Source: Bacteroidaceae bacterium (GTDB lineage Bacteria > Bacteroidota > Bacteroidia > Bacteroidales > Bacteroidaceae). Taken from it: a stretch of 64,000 bases of DNA. The DNA lies in the NCBI GenBank assembly GCA_017938245.1, contig JAGBBX010000024.1:47050-111049 (forward strand), written 5' to 3'. A program made the translations under genes and the position numbers. Under the pieces are notes generated by a model. That model made no database searches. It saw only the letters and a program-made list of their open reading frames with translations, and was not told where the DNA came from. Positions 20,501-29,501 of this stretch are shown piece after piece (the stretch's first letter is position 1; the number at the start of each line of letters is the position of its first letter).

Positions 20501-23500
20501 GCAAGGAAGCAGTCGTTTCGCACAAGGTAGGCGGTATCGCCATCGTAGAACAGAATATACCACACCTCGCCGTCAAAGGTTATCCAGATCATATTCTTCA
20601 CACGCTGGTCGAAGCAGGTGTTGTAGTCTGTGAACACATAGAAGGTACGCATCCAGCGCGTGTTGAAATACATCGAAGCCTCGTTCTTGAACTTCTCGCT
20701 CTTGAACGATGATATATCCTTGAAGTTGACCGTATCCGCATCGGCTGGCACACAATCACGCACCCAACGCCACAGACGCATGATAGCCTCCTTCTGGTAA
20801 CTGTTAGCCTCTTTCTCGTCCTTAGCGGTGTTGGGGTTAGACCACACAGTATCCTTTGGATAATTGAACTCCAGGGCGTTCTCAAACTCTCTGTCAAACT
20901 GCGACTCTATATCCTCGTCAACCTGGAACAAACCCAATTTCTGGGAGTTGTTCAGGAACTCAAGACTGATAACCTTGCTCTCATCGATACCTGCGACACC
21001 TTCAAAACCGACAACAGGAGCCCAGCCTGACTTGTCGTTGTTGAAGTTGTACTGACCGTGGTATGTCGGCTTCTCATCGATGGACTCTGCCGAGAACATA
21101 TCGCACGGCCAACCGTTGATGGCAGTGCGGATTGTATTGTTTATCTCCTGTGGCGGGGTGAACAGGCCTATCTCCTTGAAGCAGTCATTGAACAGCTTGG
21201 CAAGACCTGTGTTGTGTGTCATTGAACTATCCGAATAGTCACACTTCGGGTTGGCAACCTTGACAGCAGGGTCTCCAGGGACAACTGGCATTTTCAACGA
21301 ATCCTGCTTTACGCCGTTAATCCAAAGCTCAGGCTCAACACCCTTGGCAAAATAGATGCGGTAGTTCTTGCGGGCATACTTGGTTGAAGAAGTTCCCTGA
21401 ATGCGGACATATACATTCTTCAGGATGATTTCACCACCCCAAGGCGGATATATGTACACATCGGCAAGGAAGTTGGTGTCCTTGTTGTTCTCGGCATTTA
21501 TCTCATCAAGACCGCCCTTGCGGACTATCAAGATAACACCCTTGCCCTTCTTGCGGATCTTCTCAATATCGATACCGAGACCTTCATCATCCAGCACGTC
21601 ATTCTTGTCTGCAAGGTCTGCCATCTCCTCCGCCGTAGGACGGTCTACGATATGGTTGCCTAACTCATCATCATCGGATATGGCTTCGTTATATATACGC
21701 ACAATGCGGACTTCAACATCGGCAAAACTGCTGTCAATGGTAATGCCTTGTGGGGTGTCCTGGAGGAAGTTGTCGGCTTCAGCGTAGATGTCCGCCTTGC
21801 TTCGCTCTCCATCGATATAGAGCTCCATCAGCCTGCCGTCAGCACGCTTGCCCACTACAAACGCCACCTTCAGCCACTCCTCTGAAGCGAACTCCATGCC
21901 GACACCGACATTGGTGACAACTTCGTTGCCGTCCTCATCGGTCACGGTCTTTGTCGAGCCTGTGTACATCGAGGCCTTCTCCGCAGTAATCTGGAATCCC
22001 TTTGGTCCAGACATACAGGTAACGACATCGCCCTCGCGGTCAACCACATTGGAAACCTTAAACTCAAGTTCGATGGAGCATCCCGTAGAGGCGGCATCCG
22101 TTGCGAATGGCTTGTAATCGATATGCGCCTTTGCACCGTTACGCAAGATGAGCGACTCCCCAGTCCAACCGCTCGACTTCCAGTCCACACCTTCGAAGGT
22201 CGTTTGAACACCGTTAGAACTCCATACTGCGGGGTTCTCCTCATCATTGCTGCGACCTGCAGCATTCAGCTTCAGAACCATTCCGTAAGTGGTCTCACCG
22301 ATATTCACGCTGCTCTCCGTCACATTGATATGGAACAGGTATTCCGTTTCCCCGCACTTGAACATCATCTCGTTTGTGCCCTGGGTGGTAAAACGGTTCT
22401 TGTATGTCTGGCTGGTGCGTGCCACGCTAACGGTGGTACTCTTCACATCACCGTTGTACACATCCATCTTGGCTGGGGTGGTGTTCGGATCATAGGCTAC
22501 ATACTCAAAGGAGAGCTGTGCATACTGCCCAACCTCAAGTGTCGGGGTCAGGTGTGTGTCCGTAAAAATACGGCCATCGGCAAAACGGAGCTTCGTACCG
22601 ATGAGCGGAACGTCCGCACCGCTCTTGAAAATGTCGATGTAGATACTTTCACTCTTCAGGACAAGACCAGTAGCCGCTTCCATCTCCGCCACCATCTGGA
22701 TTGTATGTCGGCCAAATGACAACCCCGTCATCGATATGCCGAAACTGCCGTTGGTGGTACCGCTTCGGGTAACGGTGGCGGTATTGTACTGCACACCGTC
22801 AAGATATACGGTAATGACCTTTGTTCCCGAACCGCTGACTGCATAGGGGATATTCACGGTGTCATAAACTCCATAACCACCGTTCGCAATGGAGTTGGCG
22901 AGATTGTAGGAACTTGTCAGGGAGAGGGCAACAACTTTCACCGACACATAACTCTGCTTGGTCTGTGTCTTACCCGTTCCAGGATCTATCGTGGTGGCGC
23001 GGACATAAATGTCTGTGGTACCTACCTGCAGGTATTTGGAGAGGTCAAGCGTATAAGTACCTTTGCTCACATCCTGAATGGTATTGCTGTATATGGTCGA
23101 TGAGCCATACTTCATCGACACCTCTATGGTAGCCTTCTGTCCTGTGGTCACGCCTTTGTCATCGCCACTGCTATACTGGTGGTCATAGGTATAGGAAAGC
23201 TTAGAGTTGCCTCCCTGCTTGATAATGGTGTTATCTACGGAAGCATTCAGCACAATCTTCGTGGTACTCGCATCACCGCTGCCACCGCCACTACCTGCAG
23301 GAATATCGACAGCCGCAATCTCAGCACCGCTCTTGTTGGTAAGGGCAAGGCGGACACTGCTCTCGTCATCGTTGACCTCGGCGCTCATGCCGAATACCGT
23401 ATTGGCTTCAATCTCGTTCAACTTACCTGTTACGGCAGAGTTCTGCACGGGGTTGGTGCTGTTCGCATCGAGCGTCTCATCGACCTCCACCTCGTTGATG

Positions 23501-24450
23501 GTGATGTTGACATTGCCCGTTGCGTCTGGATTCTGAACCGTCCCATTTACGGTGACAGTCTTTATGGTACCAGCACCTCCGAAATCCTCCCAGCTTGCTT
23601 CCGCATCCCAACTGCCAATGTCGGTACCGACAAACTGCTTGGTCTCCCACTTGCCCTGTGACACCTCATAGGTTATGGTGCGACCCTTGGCACGCATCTT
23701 CTCCTCCACAACTACAATGGCGGTGGCAAGGGTGTAGAATCCGTTCGCAAGCGGATATGCCTCAGTGACATTGATTGTGTTACCGCCACCGCTGCCGCTA
23801 AACTCGACAATAGTACCCTCTTCGGAGTTCCATACATAACCGACCGCCCCGAACAAATAGATTTTATCCTTGTGAATCACGGTGTGGGCATCGTCACTGA
23901 AGAACTGGGTTGCCTTATCCCAGAACACATAGTATCCTCCACTACAGAGAGCGGCAAAGACGTTCAGGGCTTTAACAAAAACAACGCTCTCGGCCGAAGC
24001 TGGCGCCTCACCGTCAATAATGGTCGCATCATCAACGAAACCGTCAAATCTTACTGTTGCCCCTTTCAGGGCTGCCAATGCCGTTGACTCGTGGGTCGCA
24101 ACGACCTGGAATGCCTCTTCTGTTGCTGAGCGGGCATCACTTGTCGCCCGTTCTGCCTCGAGGGCTGCCTGCCCTGCATTATCCGCCGCCTCATTTGCTG
24201 ATTGCGCTGCAGTCTCGGCTGTGGTTGCCGCCGTAGTCGCCTTTGTCGCTGCCGCATTAGCCGTTTTTGCTGCATCTTCAGCTGGTTTGCGCAACAAGGA
24301 CACAGGCGCACTTACAACCTCCTCGCCACGCATTGCGGGAAGACTGTTTATGCCGTCCAGGCTATCCACAACTGGAAGCTCGTCAACACTCTGCGATTCC
24401 GCCTTGATGGCGTTAATCAATTCCTGTTTTTCTGCATTCGTCAGTGCCAT
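17584..24450 (-). CDS. Giant tail fibre/receptor-binding protein; DGR target
   Basis: 2288 aa. Regions by residue: Ala-rich coiled N-terminus, Ig-like repeats, LamG-like (about 720-925), CotH-like (about 1000-1345), LRR-like (about 1525-1700), C-type-lectin/FGE-like C-terminus carrying the VR (about 2229-2269). Confidence 0.9.
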   Translation of the reverse strand: MALTNAEKQELINAIKAESQSVDELPVVDSLDGINSLPAMRGEEVVSAPVSLLRKPAEDAAKTANAAATKATTAATTAETAAQSANEAADNAGQAALEAERATSDARSATEEAFQVVATHESTALAALKGATVRFDGFVDDATIIDGEAPASAESVVFVKALNVFAALCSGGYYVFWDKATQFFSDDAHTVIHKDKIYLFGAVGYVWNSEEGTIVEFSGSGGGNTINVTEAYPLANGFYTLATAIVVVEEKMRAKGRTITYEVSQGKWETKQFVGTDIGSWDAEASWEDFGGAGTIKTVTVNGTVQNPDATGNVNITINEVEVDETLDANSTNPVQNSAVTGKLNEIEANTVFGMSAEVNDDESSVRLALTNKSGAEIAAVDIPAGSGGGSGDASTTKIVLNASVDNTIIKQGGNSKLSYTYDHQYSSGDDKGVTTGQKATIEVSMKYGSSTIYSNTIQDVSKGTYTLDLSKYLQVGTTDIYVRATTIDPGTGKTQTKQSYVSVKVVALSLTSSYNLANSIANGGYGVYDTVNIPYAVSGSGTKVITVYLDGVQYNTATVTRSGTTNGSFGISMTGLSFGRHTIQMVAEMEAATGLVLKSESIYIDIFKSGADVPLIGTKLRFADGRIFTDTHLTPTLEVGQYAQLSFEYVAYDPNTTPAKMDVYNGDVKSTTVSVARTSQTYKNRFTTQGTNEMMFKCGETEYLFHINVTESSVNIGETTYGMVLKLNAAGRSNDEENPAVWSSNGVQTTFEGVDWKSSGWTGESLILRNGAKAHIDYKPFATDAASTGCSIELEFKVSNVVDREGDVVTCMSGPKGFQITAEKASMYTGSTKTVTDEDGNEVVTNVGVGMEFASEEWLKVAFVVGKRADGRLMELYIDGERSKADIYAEADNFLQDTPQGITIDSSFADVEVRIVRIYNEAISDDDELGNHIVDRPTAEEMADLADKNDVLDDEGLGIDIEKIRKKGKGVILIVRKGGLDEINAENNKDTNFLADVYIYPPWGGEIILKNVYVRIQGTSSTKYARKNYRIYFAKGVEPELWINGVKQDSLKMPVVPGDPAVKVANPKCDYSDSSMTHNTGLAKLFNDCFKEIGLFTPPQEINNTIRTAINGWPCDMFSAESIDEKPTYHGQYNFNNDKSGWAPVVGFEGVAGIDESKVISLEFLNNSQKLGLFQVDEDIESQFDREFENALEFNYPKDTVWSNPNTAKDEKEANSYQKEAIMRLWRWVRDCVPADADTVNFKDISSFKSEKFKNEASMYFNTRWMRTFYVFTDYNTCFDQRVKNMIWITFDGEVWYILFYDGDTAYLVRNDCFLAYKYDVDRETWDAEKSKYAFEGYASMFWCLILANFEAELKSDAAALREVMTPERVLQVLNEEQMGNWSARQYNKSGEWKYIKPMLEGVDVKGTLTKYPHIYALHGSRKHHRIHTIRNRYALLDAKYETGSYRSDNIDMYLARTATEAANTIVVTANEVYYFGYGTNNSPSIQPSQRAEKGEEVTLTFSDAFTVNDPIRVYGASRAKRLDMRGVADNLTGDVNLNKCTNLQYLDLSTTGGGASGWCAVLDQCRQLREVNLNGQKNARTGTLSSSELNFSNQTRLEVMNAGGTEAQSVVFAEGAPLREAVLPATLTALRLEYLPKLDNSGLLVEGYDSIETFRFAECPNLDWENILARCANVKRVRITGVNMTGDESFLARYKHLGGIDANGNAVDTCALVGSYQLTVYLDDEVYAEYKSRYPELNIMQPQYTMIEFDENVSADDNVSNPDNQTGCAYGNDYVPSGHIKAILKQRFRCLAKVTTKPTTRNITIAGVETTANNKDGVMTYFPLHDENSNYYADAEKTTNCTPAMLDGSEGDVMMFEPHYWFKGINDYLNGKNYSCYSTNKAMPDVPEATVLTLQDITDAGDYKDKYKIMTGKGTLANSYATDSNYAVCRVEVSGFKRVRFPSVVGTNLMGSIFTDSEGNVLDNVVVSSLSVKFENGMYLIYDVPAGATELHFTVYRTAEFDKVVLSNSDRIEDMEPDWVEHEECFTAVFGSSIVGTKLRSCITGGSTAASMNWTDFHYYSQARGMQQIDYDMHRDIANLFFAKYGRRNSQAQCGHGQDTNARKTGGTAMLGMKDTVNPNNKTTYAWYEENGSYVQINNVNCLGYEDIYGHKYDMMDNVSVNEGSVDHKWYIVMPDGTTRKVKAKTGSDQFTTAVAHGKYMDIIPVGTLTGSETTYYCDKYYYAGSVSRVVYRGDSTALSHGGVSFANAYHDASNSYTYIGSRLAFRGKIERAQSVEAYKAIAEVA
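17644..17766 (-). repeat. DGR variable repeat (VR)
   Basis: The reverse complement aligns to 43073-43195. The 113-nt core (17651-17763) has 11 mismatches, all at TR adenines. It encodes ...SRVVYRGDSTALSHGGVSFANAYHDASNSYTYIGSRLAFRG. Confidence 0.92.
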
Positions 24451-24452
24451 AG

Positions 24453-24758
24453 TTATTCTGTTTTAGATGTTACACCAATTGCAGCCAAAAGACTGTCAAT
24501 GATATTGGGACGGCAGAAATGCTCCGCAACTTTGATTATCAATGACACCTCAGCATCATTATATTCTTCACACCCTTGGCTATCGTATATTTTGAATGCC
24601 AATCTATGAGCTGCTATCCCATTCGCATTTACATATAGGAGGTTGGCGAAACTCTCCCTCATATCGCCAGTTTGCCGTTCTTTACGGCTGATGTCGGTAA
24701 AAACCGAAAATTCTTTGAAGTTCAACTTTGCCATATCGTCATTGTTAATGGTTACCAA
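24453..24758 (-). CDS. Hypothetical tail-module protein
   Basis: 101-aa ORF packed tightly between tail genes. The start could instead be the internal Met at about 24734. Confidence 0.55.
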   Translation of the reverse strand: MVTINNDDMAKLNFKEFSVFTDISRKERQTGDMRESFANLLYVNANGIAAHRLAFKIYDSQGCEEYNDAEVSLIIKVAEHFCRPNIIDSLLAAIGVTSKTE

Positions 24759-27394
24759 TCTCTCGGATGTTTATATTGAACCCAACAACCTGACTGCGTG
24801 TTGTTGGTTAAGTCCCTATGAAAAACATATTCTGCAGCATCGCCAGCTGAAGACAAATCATCAGGAGAAGAATTCGTATAATGAGAACCCTGGTCAGAAT
24901 GTATATATGATTCTTTCTTTATCTCATCATAGGTCATTGATGTACTATTCCATTCACGGTGATAACTATAACCTGGTTTTATATTGACCTTCTTCCCGTT
25001 CAAATTCTTAATCTTGACAACATGCCCATCATCATATACTTGCATTTCAGGGAGGGTTATTGTGATTTCCTCCGTATTTATACATGCAACAGAACATATA
25101 GTTCGTCCAAGTGTAGTGGTTGTAGAAACAGCACCTGTCCTAACAGCCAATCCAGATATGTGCCCGCCAAGCATACTGATTGCAACATTATCGCTTGCAC
25201 CTCGAGCAGAAACCAACATTGTATAATTAGCTCCAAATCCCCATTGGTCACTCTCGTCCTCATTTTCAAAACGGGCAACCCCACGTAATCCTGAAGAAGT
25301 AGGAAGGATATTGCCACCAATGCCAGCAAAACAATTGTGCTCATCGTTACGAAAGATAATATATGCGTCATTGGTAAATGACCCATCCTCGTTGCTGTTG
25401 GTCAAACCAGTACCACTAATACGGAATCCTCCGATGACCCCACTTGCCGCTTGTATGCTACCGTCCTCCAAAATCTTGAAATAATCGTTGGCTGTAACCA
25501 AACCCTCAAAAACTATGTTAGAGGCTCTTATCTTCACTCCCTCCTGGCTTGCACCGACAAACGACTTCAGATTACCTTCCCCATCGATGGCATACATACC
25601 CGTCACCTTCGAGGTCGTAATAAGCCCCGTTTCCTCAAGTAAGGCTTCGTCCTTGTCATAAACAGCCGCTGAAATCTTAACCAACCGCTCGGACTGCTCA
25701 AGCAGAGTCTTGTACTGATAGGTGAACGCTTCCACCTTGTCGGTACTCAACACGAGCATATAAAGGTAAATGTCACCCGTGAACGACAGTTTGAAGTCAC
25801 CTGTTCCATTCCAAAGACCGCTGCAGGTGTACTGCTTATACAGCCCATCGGTTGATTGGAGCTGCTCCTCGATATTCAGGGAGTCAAACTCCACGAAGCC
25901 CGTCTTATCCACATTCTCAAACGCGACCTTGAGCGTGCCTGGTTCTGCACATCGATAGAAGAAGGACAGGTACACTGGCAAGGCAGTTTTCAAACCATCA
26001 GAGGTAACGCCCATTTCTGGTATCACACGAAGATTGTCATACTTCTGGAGGATGTACTTGTTGCGGATACGGACCACAACACGCCCGTTGTCCGTGGTAA
26101 CGCTTGCGCTGTTACCCTTCTTTGACAGGACATTCTTGTTCGCCCATATCCACTTGTTGCCGACAAGGAAGAATACCATCTCGTTCTCTGTGGTCCACTT
26201 ATCCATACCGTCAGCGAATGCGGCATTGTTCAGATATCCGTTCTCACCGAGGAAGTCCTGGCGTATGCCCGTTACGGCTGCTTCAATCTTTCCCTCGGTT
26301 ATCTCGAACATCGTCTCCACATCCATATTGCGGTTGGCAAGAATAAATGTACCACGTAGGAAGGCATTGTCACTATATAAACCGTCCCCGTGGGGTTGCT
26401 TGTCTGCAGGGAACATCGTATCACTGATACCGTCAAGGTTTCCGAACCTCGCACGGAGGCAGCCTTCAAAGCTCTTTGAGCTGACACCGTTCATCACATC
26501 GATACGGGGTTGGCCGTCTTCAGTGGCGGATATGAGAACAAGGTTCTGGCGTGCCGTATTCTCGCTGTTACCCATCAGCACACATTCGTCACCAACCTCT
26601 GGGGGTGTCCCTGCAAACTCATCAATTGGTACCAGGATAGAGTTGTCCTGCACATCTGCGACCTCTACCCAATAACCCTTTGTAGTTCCATTGGCGAACA
26701 CCTGACAGCGTACAAGGTCGTGAATCTGGAACTGGTTGTCCTGCTCAAAGGTTATGCAATAATAGCCCTCCAACTCTTCAACCGTCTTTATCTTTCCATT
26801 GGCAGCGGAAACAACGATTTGACCACCGACACTGCGGATACGCTCAACGAGAAGTTCAAGCACAACCATCGTCTGCCTAACCGTAAGCTTGTCGATAGTA
26901 AGATGTATCAACCCGTTCGCATCTCGCCACAGACGGTATCCGCTACCAAGCAAGCCGTCCACGAACTGCCCTGCACCACGCAAGGTGTCTGTTATAACCT
27001 CCTTGTGCTGCACGCTGTCTGTTTTGCGGACGGGCTGGTCAAGGTAGTCATCGAACTGCCGCTTGTCCCACATATCGGCATTGTCAGCTTCTTTGGCGTG
27101 CGCCGCTTCATCCGCATATCCCGCCTTTATCTTTTCAGTAACAGACTCCTCGGCATCGTCGGTCCTGTGCCGTAAATACAGATAGCCGTCATCATCCATT
27201 GACTGGGCATCAAGCACCGCCATATTGTTATGCGTATGCCCGTCACCGTCAGAACCACCCGAAGACACCACATTGATTGTTCCGCCACCACCTCCCGACT
27301 GGGTGGCACTGCGACGGCGTTTGCTTCGTGGCAAAGCTTCGCGCAAGGTGGTTATCACACTAAATTCCTTCTTTGCCATACTAACTGAATTCAA
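24752..27394 (-). CDS. Tail/baseplate protein (Tal-like position)
   Basis: 880-aa ORF downstream of the tape measure and a Dit-like gene. No motif is assigned with confidence. Confidence 0.7.
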   Translation of the reverse strand: MNSVSMAKKEFSVITTLREALPRSKRRRSATQSGGGGGTINVVSSGGSDGDGHTHNNMAVLDAQSMDDDGYLYLRHRTDDAEESVTEKIKAGYADEAAHAKEADNADMWDKRQFDDYLDQPVRKTDSVQHKEVITDTLRGAGQFVDGLLGSGYRLWRDANGLIHLTIDKLTVRQTMVVLELLVERIRSVGGQIVVSAANGKIKTVEELEGYYCITFEQDNQFQIHDLVRCQVFANGTTKGYWVEVADVQDNSILVPIDEFAGTPPEVGDECVLMGNSENTARQNLVLISATEDGQPRIDVMNGVSSKSFEGCLRARFGNLDGISDTMFPADKQPHGDGLYSDNAFLRGTFILANRNMDVETMFEITEGKIEAAVTGIRQDFLGENGYLNNAAFADGMDKWTTENEMVFFLVGNKWIWANKNVLSKKGNSASVTTDNGRVVVRIRNKYILQKYDNLRVIPEMGVTSDGLKTALPVYLSFFYRCAEPGTLKVAFENVDKTGFVEFDSLNIEEQLQSTDGLYKQYTCSGLWNGTGDFKLSFTGDIYLYMLVLSTDKVEAFTYQYKTLLEQSERLVKISAAVYDKDEALLEETGLITTSKVTGMYAIDGEGNLKSFVGASQEGVKIRASNIVFEGLVTANDYFKILEDGSIQAASGVIGGFRISGTGLTNSNEDGSFTNDAYIIFRNDEHNCFAGIGGNILPTSSGLRGVARFENEDESDQWGFGANYTMLVSARGASDNVAISMLGGHISGLAVRTGAVSTTTTLGRTICSVACINTEEITITLPEMQVYDDGHVVKIKNLNGKKVNIKPGYSYHREWNSTSMTYDEIKKESYIHSDQGSHYTNSSPDDLSSAGDAAEYVFHRDLTNNTQSGCWVQYKHPRDW

Positions 27395-29501
27395 TTCCTT
27401 CGTAATTGTCTGCGGATAGTTCCGCCATAGTTATCTCACTGCTGTCCTGTAACAGGTTCTGGACCTCCGACAACAGGATATATTTACCCGAAGAGCTCGC
27501 ATCGGTGTGGATCTTCAGGTCAGGAAGAAGGCGCACCGTTCCCGACAGGGTATTATGACGCGAACCGTACTGGCTGTAAACCGTTCCGATAAGCAGCCTC
27601 TCAAGCCTGTCCTCCACCCCTGCGCGGTAGAATGTCTGGTATGCCTTGTAAGTCGAGTCCATAACAAGACCTCGGGCCGATGGCGACCAGGTCTTTCCAA
27701 GAGTGCCGAGAATGGTGTCAATGGTCAGCTCTTCCTTTGCCGCCTTGTTTATCCAGGCGGTGTCCTCTATATCGTCCAATGAAATGTCGGTACCGTTACT
27801 GTTGACCAGCGTAACAGTTGGAGTCTGATACATCAGCCAACGGGCACGGGAATAGATGTCCTTCTCCTCCCGCTTGTAGTCAAACTGGTAGATGCCCCTG
27901 CCAATATGAAGCTCGAGGAATCCGCCATTGTATGGGGGAAGGTCTATGAACTCACCGTCGCCCATCGCCTTCCATTTTTTAGGAAGCCCGCCACGGTAAT
28001 AGCCGATTATGGGCTTGTTCTTGCTCCATCCTCCGAACCCCGTCTTACTCTTGCGGTTGTCCCAATCATAATAGCAGAGCCACATACAGCCCCATTTGCC
28101 CGCACCCGACACCCACTTGCTGTTTGCCGCAGTATGCTTGTAGCCGTCCAAATCAATGACTCCGCTGTTCTCGTAGTGGTACAGGATTTTGCCACTGGCA
28201 TCTTTCAGATAAAGCATAACGGGGACATACCCCACATTACACCAGTCGTTAAGACGTTCCCAGTTCCCGCTTTCATTCTTTCCTGAAGCATCTTCAAAAG
28301 GATTGTAACGGACATCAAACAGCAAATCAAGGGTTACCTTCAGCTTGAAGGATGTACGCTTATAACTTACATAACCCAGGAATGAGGGCTTCGTTGAAAT
28401 GATAGGCACGGAAGTACATACGCCATTGTTGCGGGCTTTGACAAAAGAGTTCAACAGGTTCTGGGAGTAGTTCGTCTTTCCATTGCCTTTATACCCCCAT
28501 ATAACACCTGCTTCGTCATTGCCGCTGAAATCACTGTCGATACGGTAATACTTGGCTCCATTGGCAAGAGTCATCGGCAGATCATCCTGATCGCCCACAA
28601 CGATTCGGAACCCGTCTGCCGCATTGTCCCAATCATAATCCATCAGATACTTTCGGGTAGCCTCTTTGTCTGGCAGCACATTGTCGTGCTCCAGCTCTGT
28701 ATTCACAAGCTTGGCATCAGCGTATGGGGAGAAGGTGACCTTCACGTTGTTGTACACGACATCCACACCCAGATAGGCATCATCGCCCTTCCACCATACT
28801 TCCTCCGTATCCATGTCACTGTACACGGCATTCATATCAAATATATACAGATATCCCCCCTTCTGAACCATACGGAGGGCAAAGGGGCGCAGGACTTCAT
28901 CGAGGACTTCTCGCATTGTCATCGCCTCGCCGTCTTCATCATAGAAGTTATCGTTCAGCACATAGAGGGACGAGAAGTTTATTGCACTACCGTATTGGGA
29001 GGTCTTCGTGCTGATGAACTTCTGCACCCCGTTGTATTTTATGCCCATTGCGGCGATGCAGGTATCTATGACATCCTGAATGGTGCAGACCCCCGTCTTG
29101 CTCCACTTCACACGGTCAAGGACTGCAAAATCGGAGAAGGAGAATGTCACATCATAGTCCGTCTTCTCCGAATAGGGTTCCTCGTAAAGCTCCGTATCAA
29201 GCTGGCCCGACCAATACAGCTTGCCGTTCCTGTAAACATCGGCACGCATCGTGCCTACCTCAATGGAATAGAGGTTTATGAACTGTCGGTCTTTCAGACT
29301 CTGCAGGGTAAGTGTCAGACACGAGCCTTGCACTGGTTCCAGCTTGTCAACCTCATTCCACTCAATTTCAACGGGGGTGTCATAGGCGAACTTAACCTCC
29401 TGCGACGAAGCAAATGATGTATCACTGGACAGGATGTCCACGCGATACAGCACACCGTCCACACTGCGGAATGACCCCGTATATATTACCTGCATTGCCA
29501 T
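27381..29501 (-). CDS. Distal tail protein-like
   Basis: 706-aa ORF immediately after the tape measure, with a TAATG stop/start overlap. Confidence 0.7.
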   Translation of the reverse strand: MAMQVIYTGSFRSVDGVLYRVDILSSDTSFASSQEVKFAYDTPVEIEWNEVDKLEPVQGSCLTLTLQSLKDRQFINLYSIEVGTMRADVYRNGKLYWSGQLDTELYEEPYSEKTDYDVTFSFSDFAVLDRVKWSKTGVCTIQDVIDTCIAAMGIKYNGVQKFISTKTSQYGSAINFSSLYVLNDNFYDEDGEAMTMREVLDEVLRPFALRMVQKGGYLYIFDMNAVYSDMDTEEVWWKGDDAYLGVDVVYNNVKVTFSPYADAKLVNTELEHDNVLPDKEATRKYLMDYDWDNAADGFRIVVGDQDDLPMTLANGAKYYRIDSDFSGNDEAGVIWGYKGNGKTNYSQNLLNSFVKARNNGVCTSVPIISTKPSFLGYVSYKRTSFKLKVTLDLLFDVRYNPFEDASGKNESGNWERLNDWCNVGYVPVMLYLKDASGKILYHYENSGVIDLDGYKHTAANSKWVSGAGKWGCMWLCYYDWDNRKSKTGFGGWSKNKPIIGYYRGGLPKKWKAMGDGEFIDLPPYNGGFLELHIGRGIYQFDYKREEKDIYSRARWLMYQTPTVTLVNSNGTDISLDDIEDTAWINKAAKEELTIDTILGTLGKTWSPSARGLVMDSTYKAYQTFYRAGVEDRLERLLIGTVYSQYGSRHNTLSGTVRLLPDLKIHTDASSSGKYILLSEVQNLLQDSSEITMAELSADNYEGIEFS

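Noticed and set aside
19621-20712. 363-aa plus-strand ORF, along with many other 60-200-aa ORFs antisense to the 2288-aa fibre gene (for example the Ala-rich ORF at 24020-24466).
   Set aside because: They are fully embedded antisense to a long, coherent coding frame. Their composition (Arg/Ala/His-rich, low complexity) is typical of shadow ORFs.
24752-29501. A search for a second VR at the C-termini of the 880-aa and 706-aa tail proteins.
   Set aside because: No sequence resembling the TR (for example GTGGTTTATCGTGGC or the RGG...SRLA peptide pattern) was seen there.
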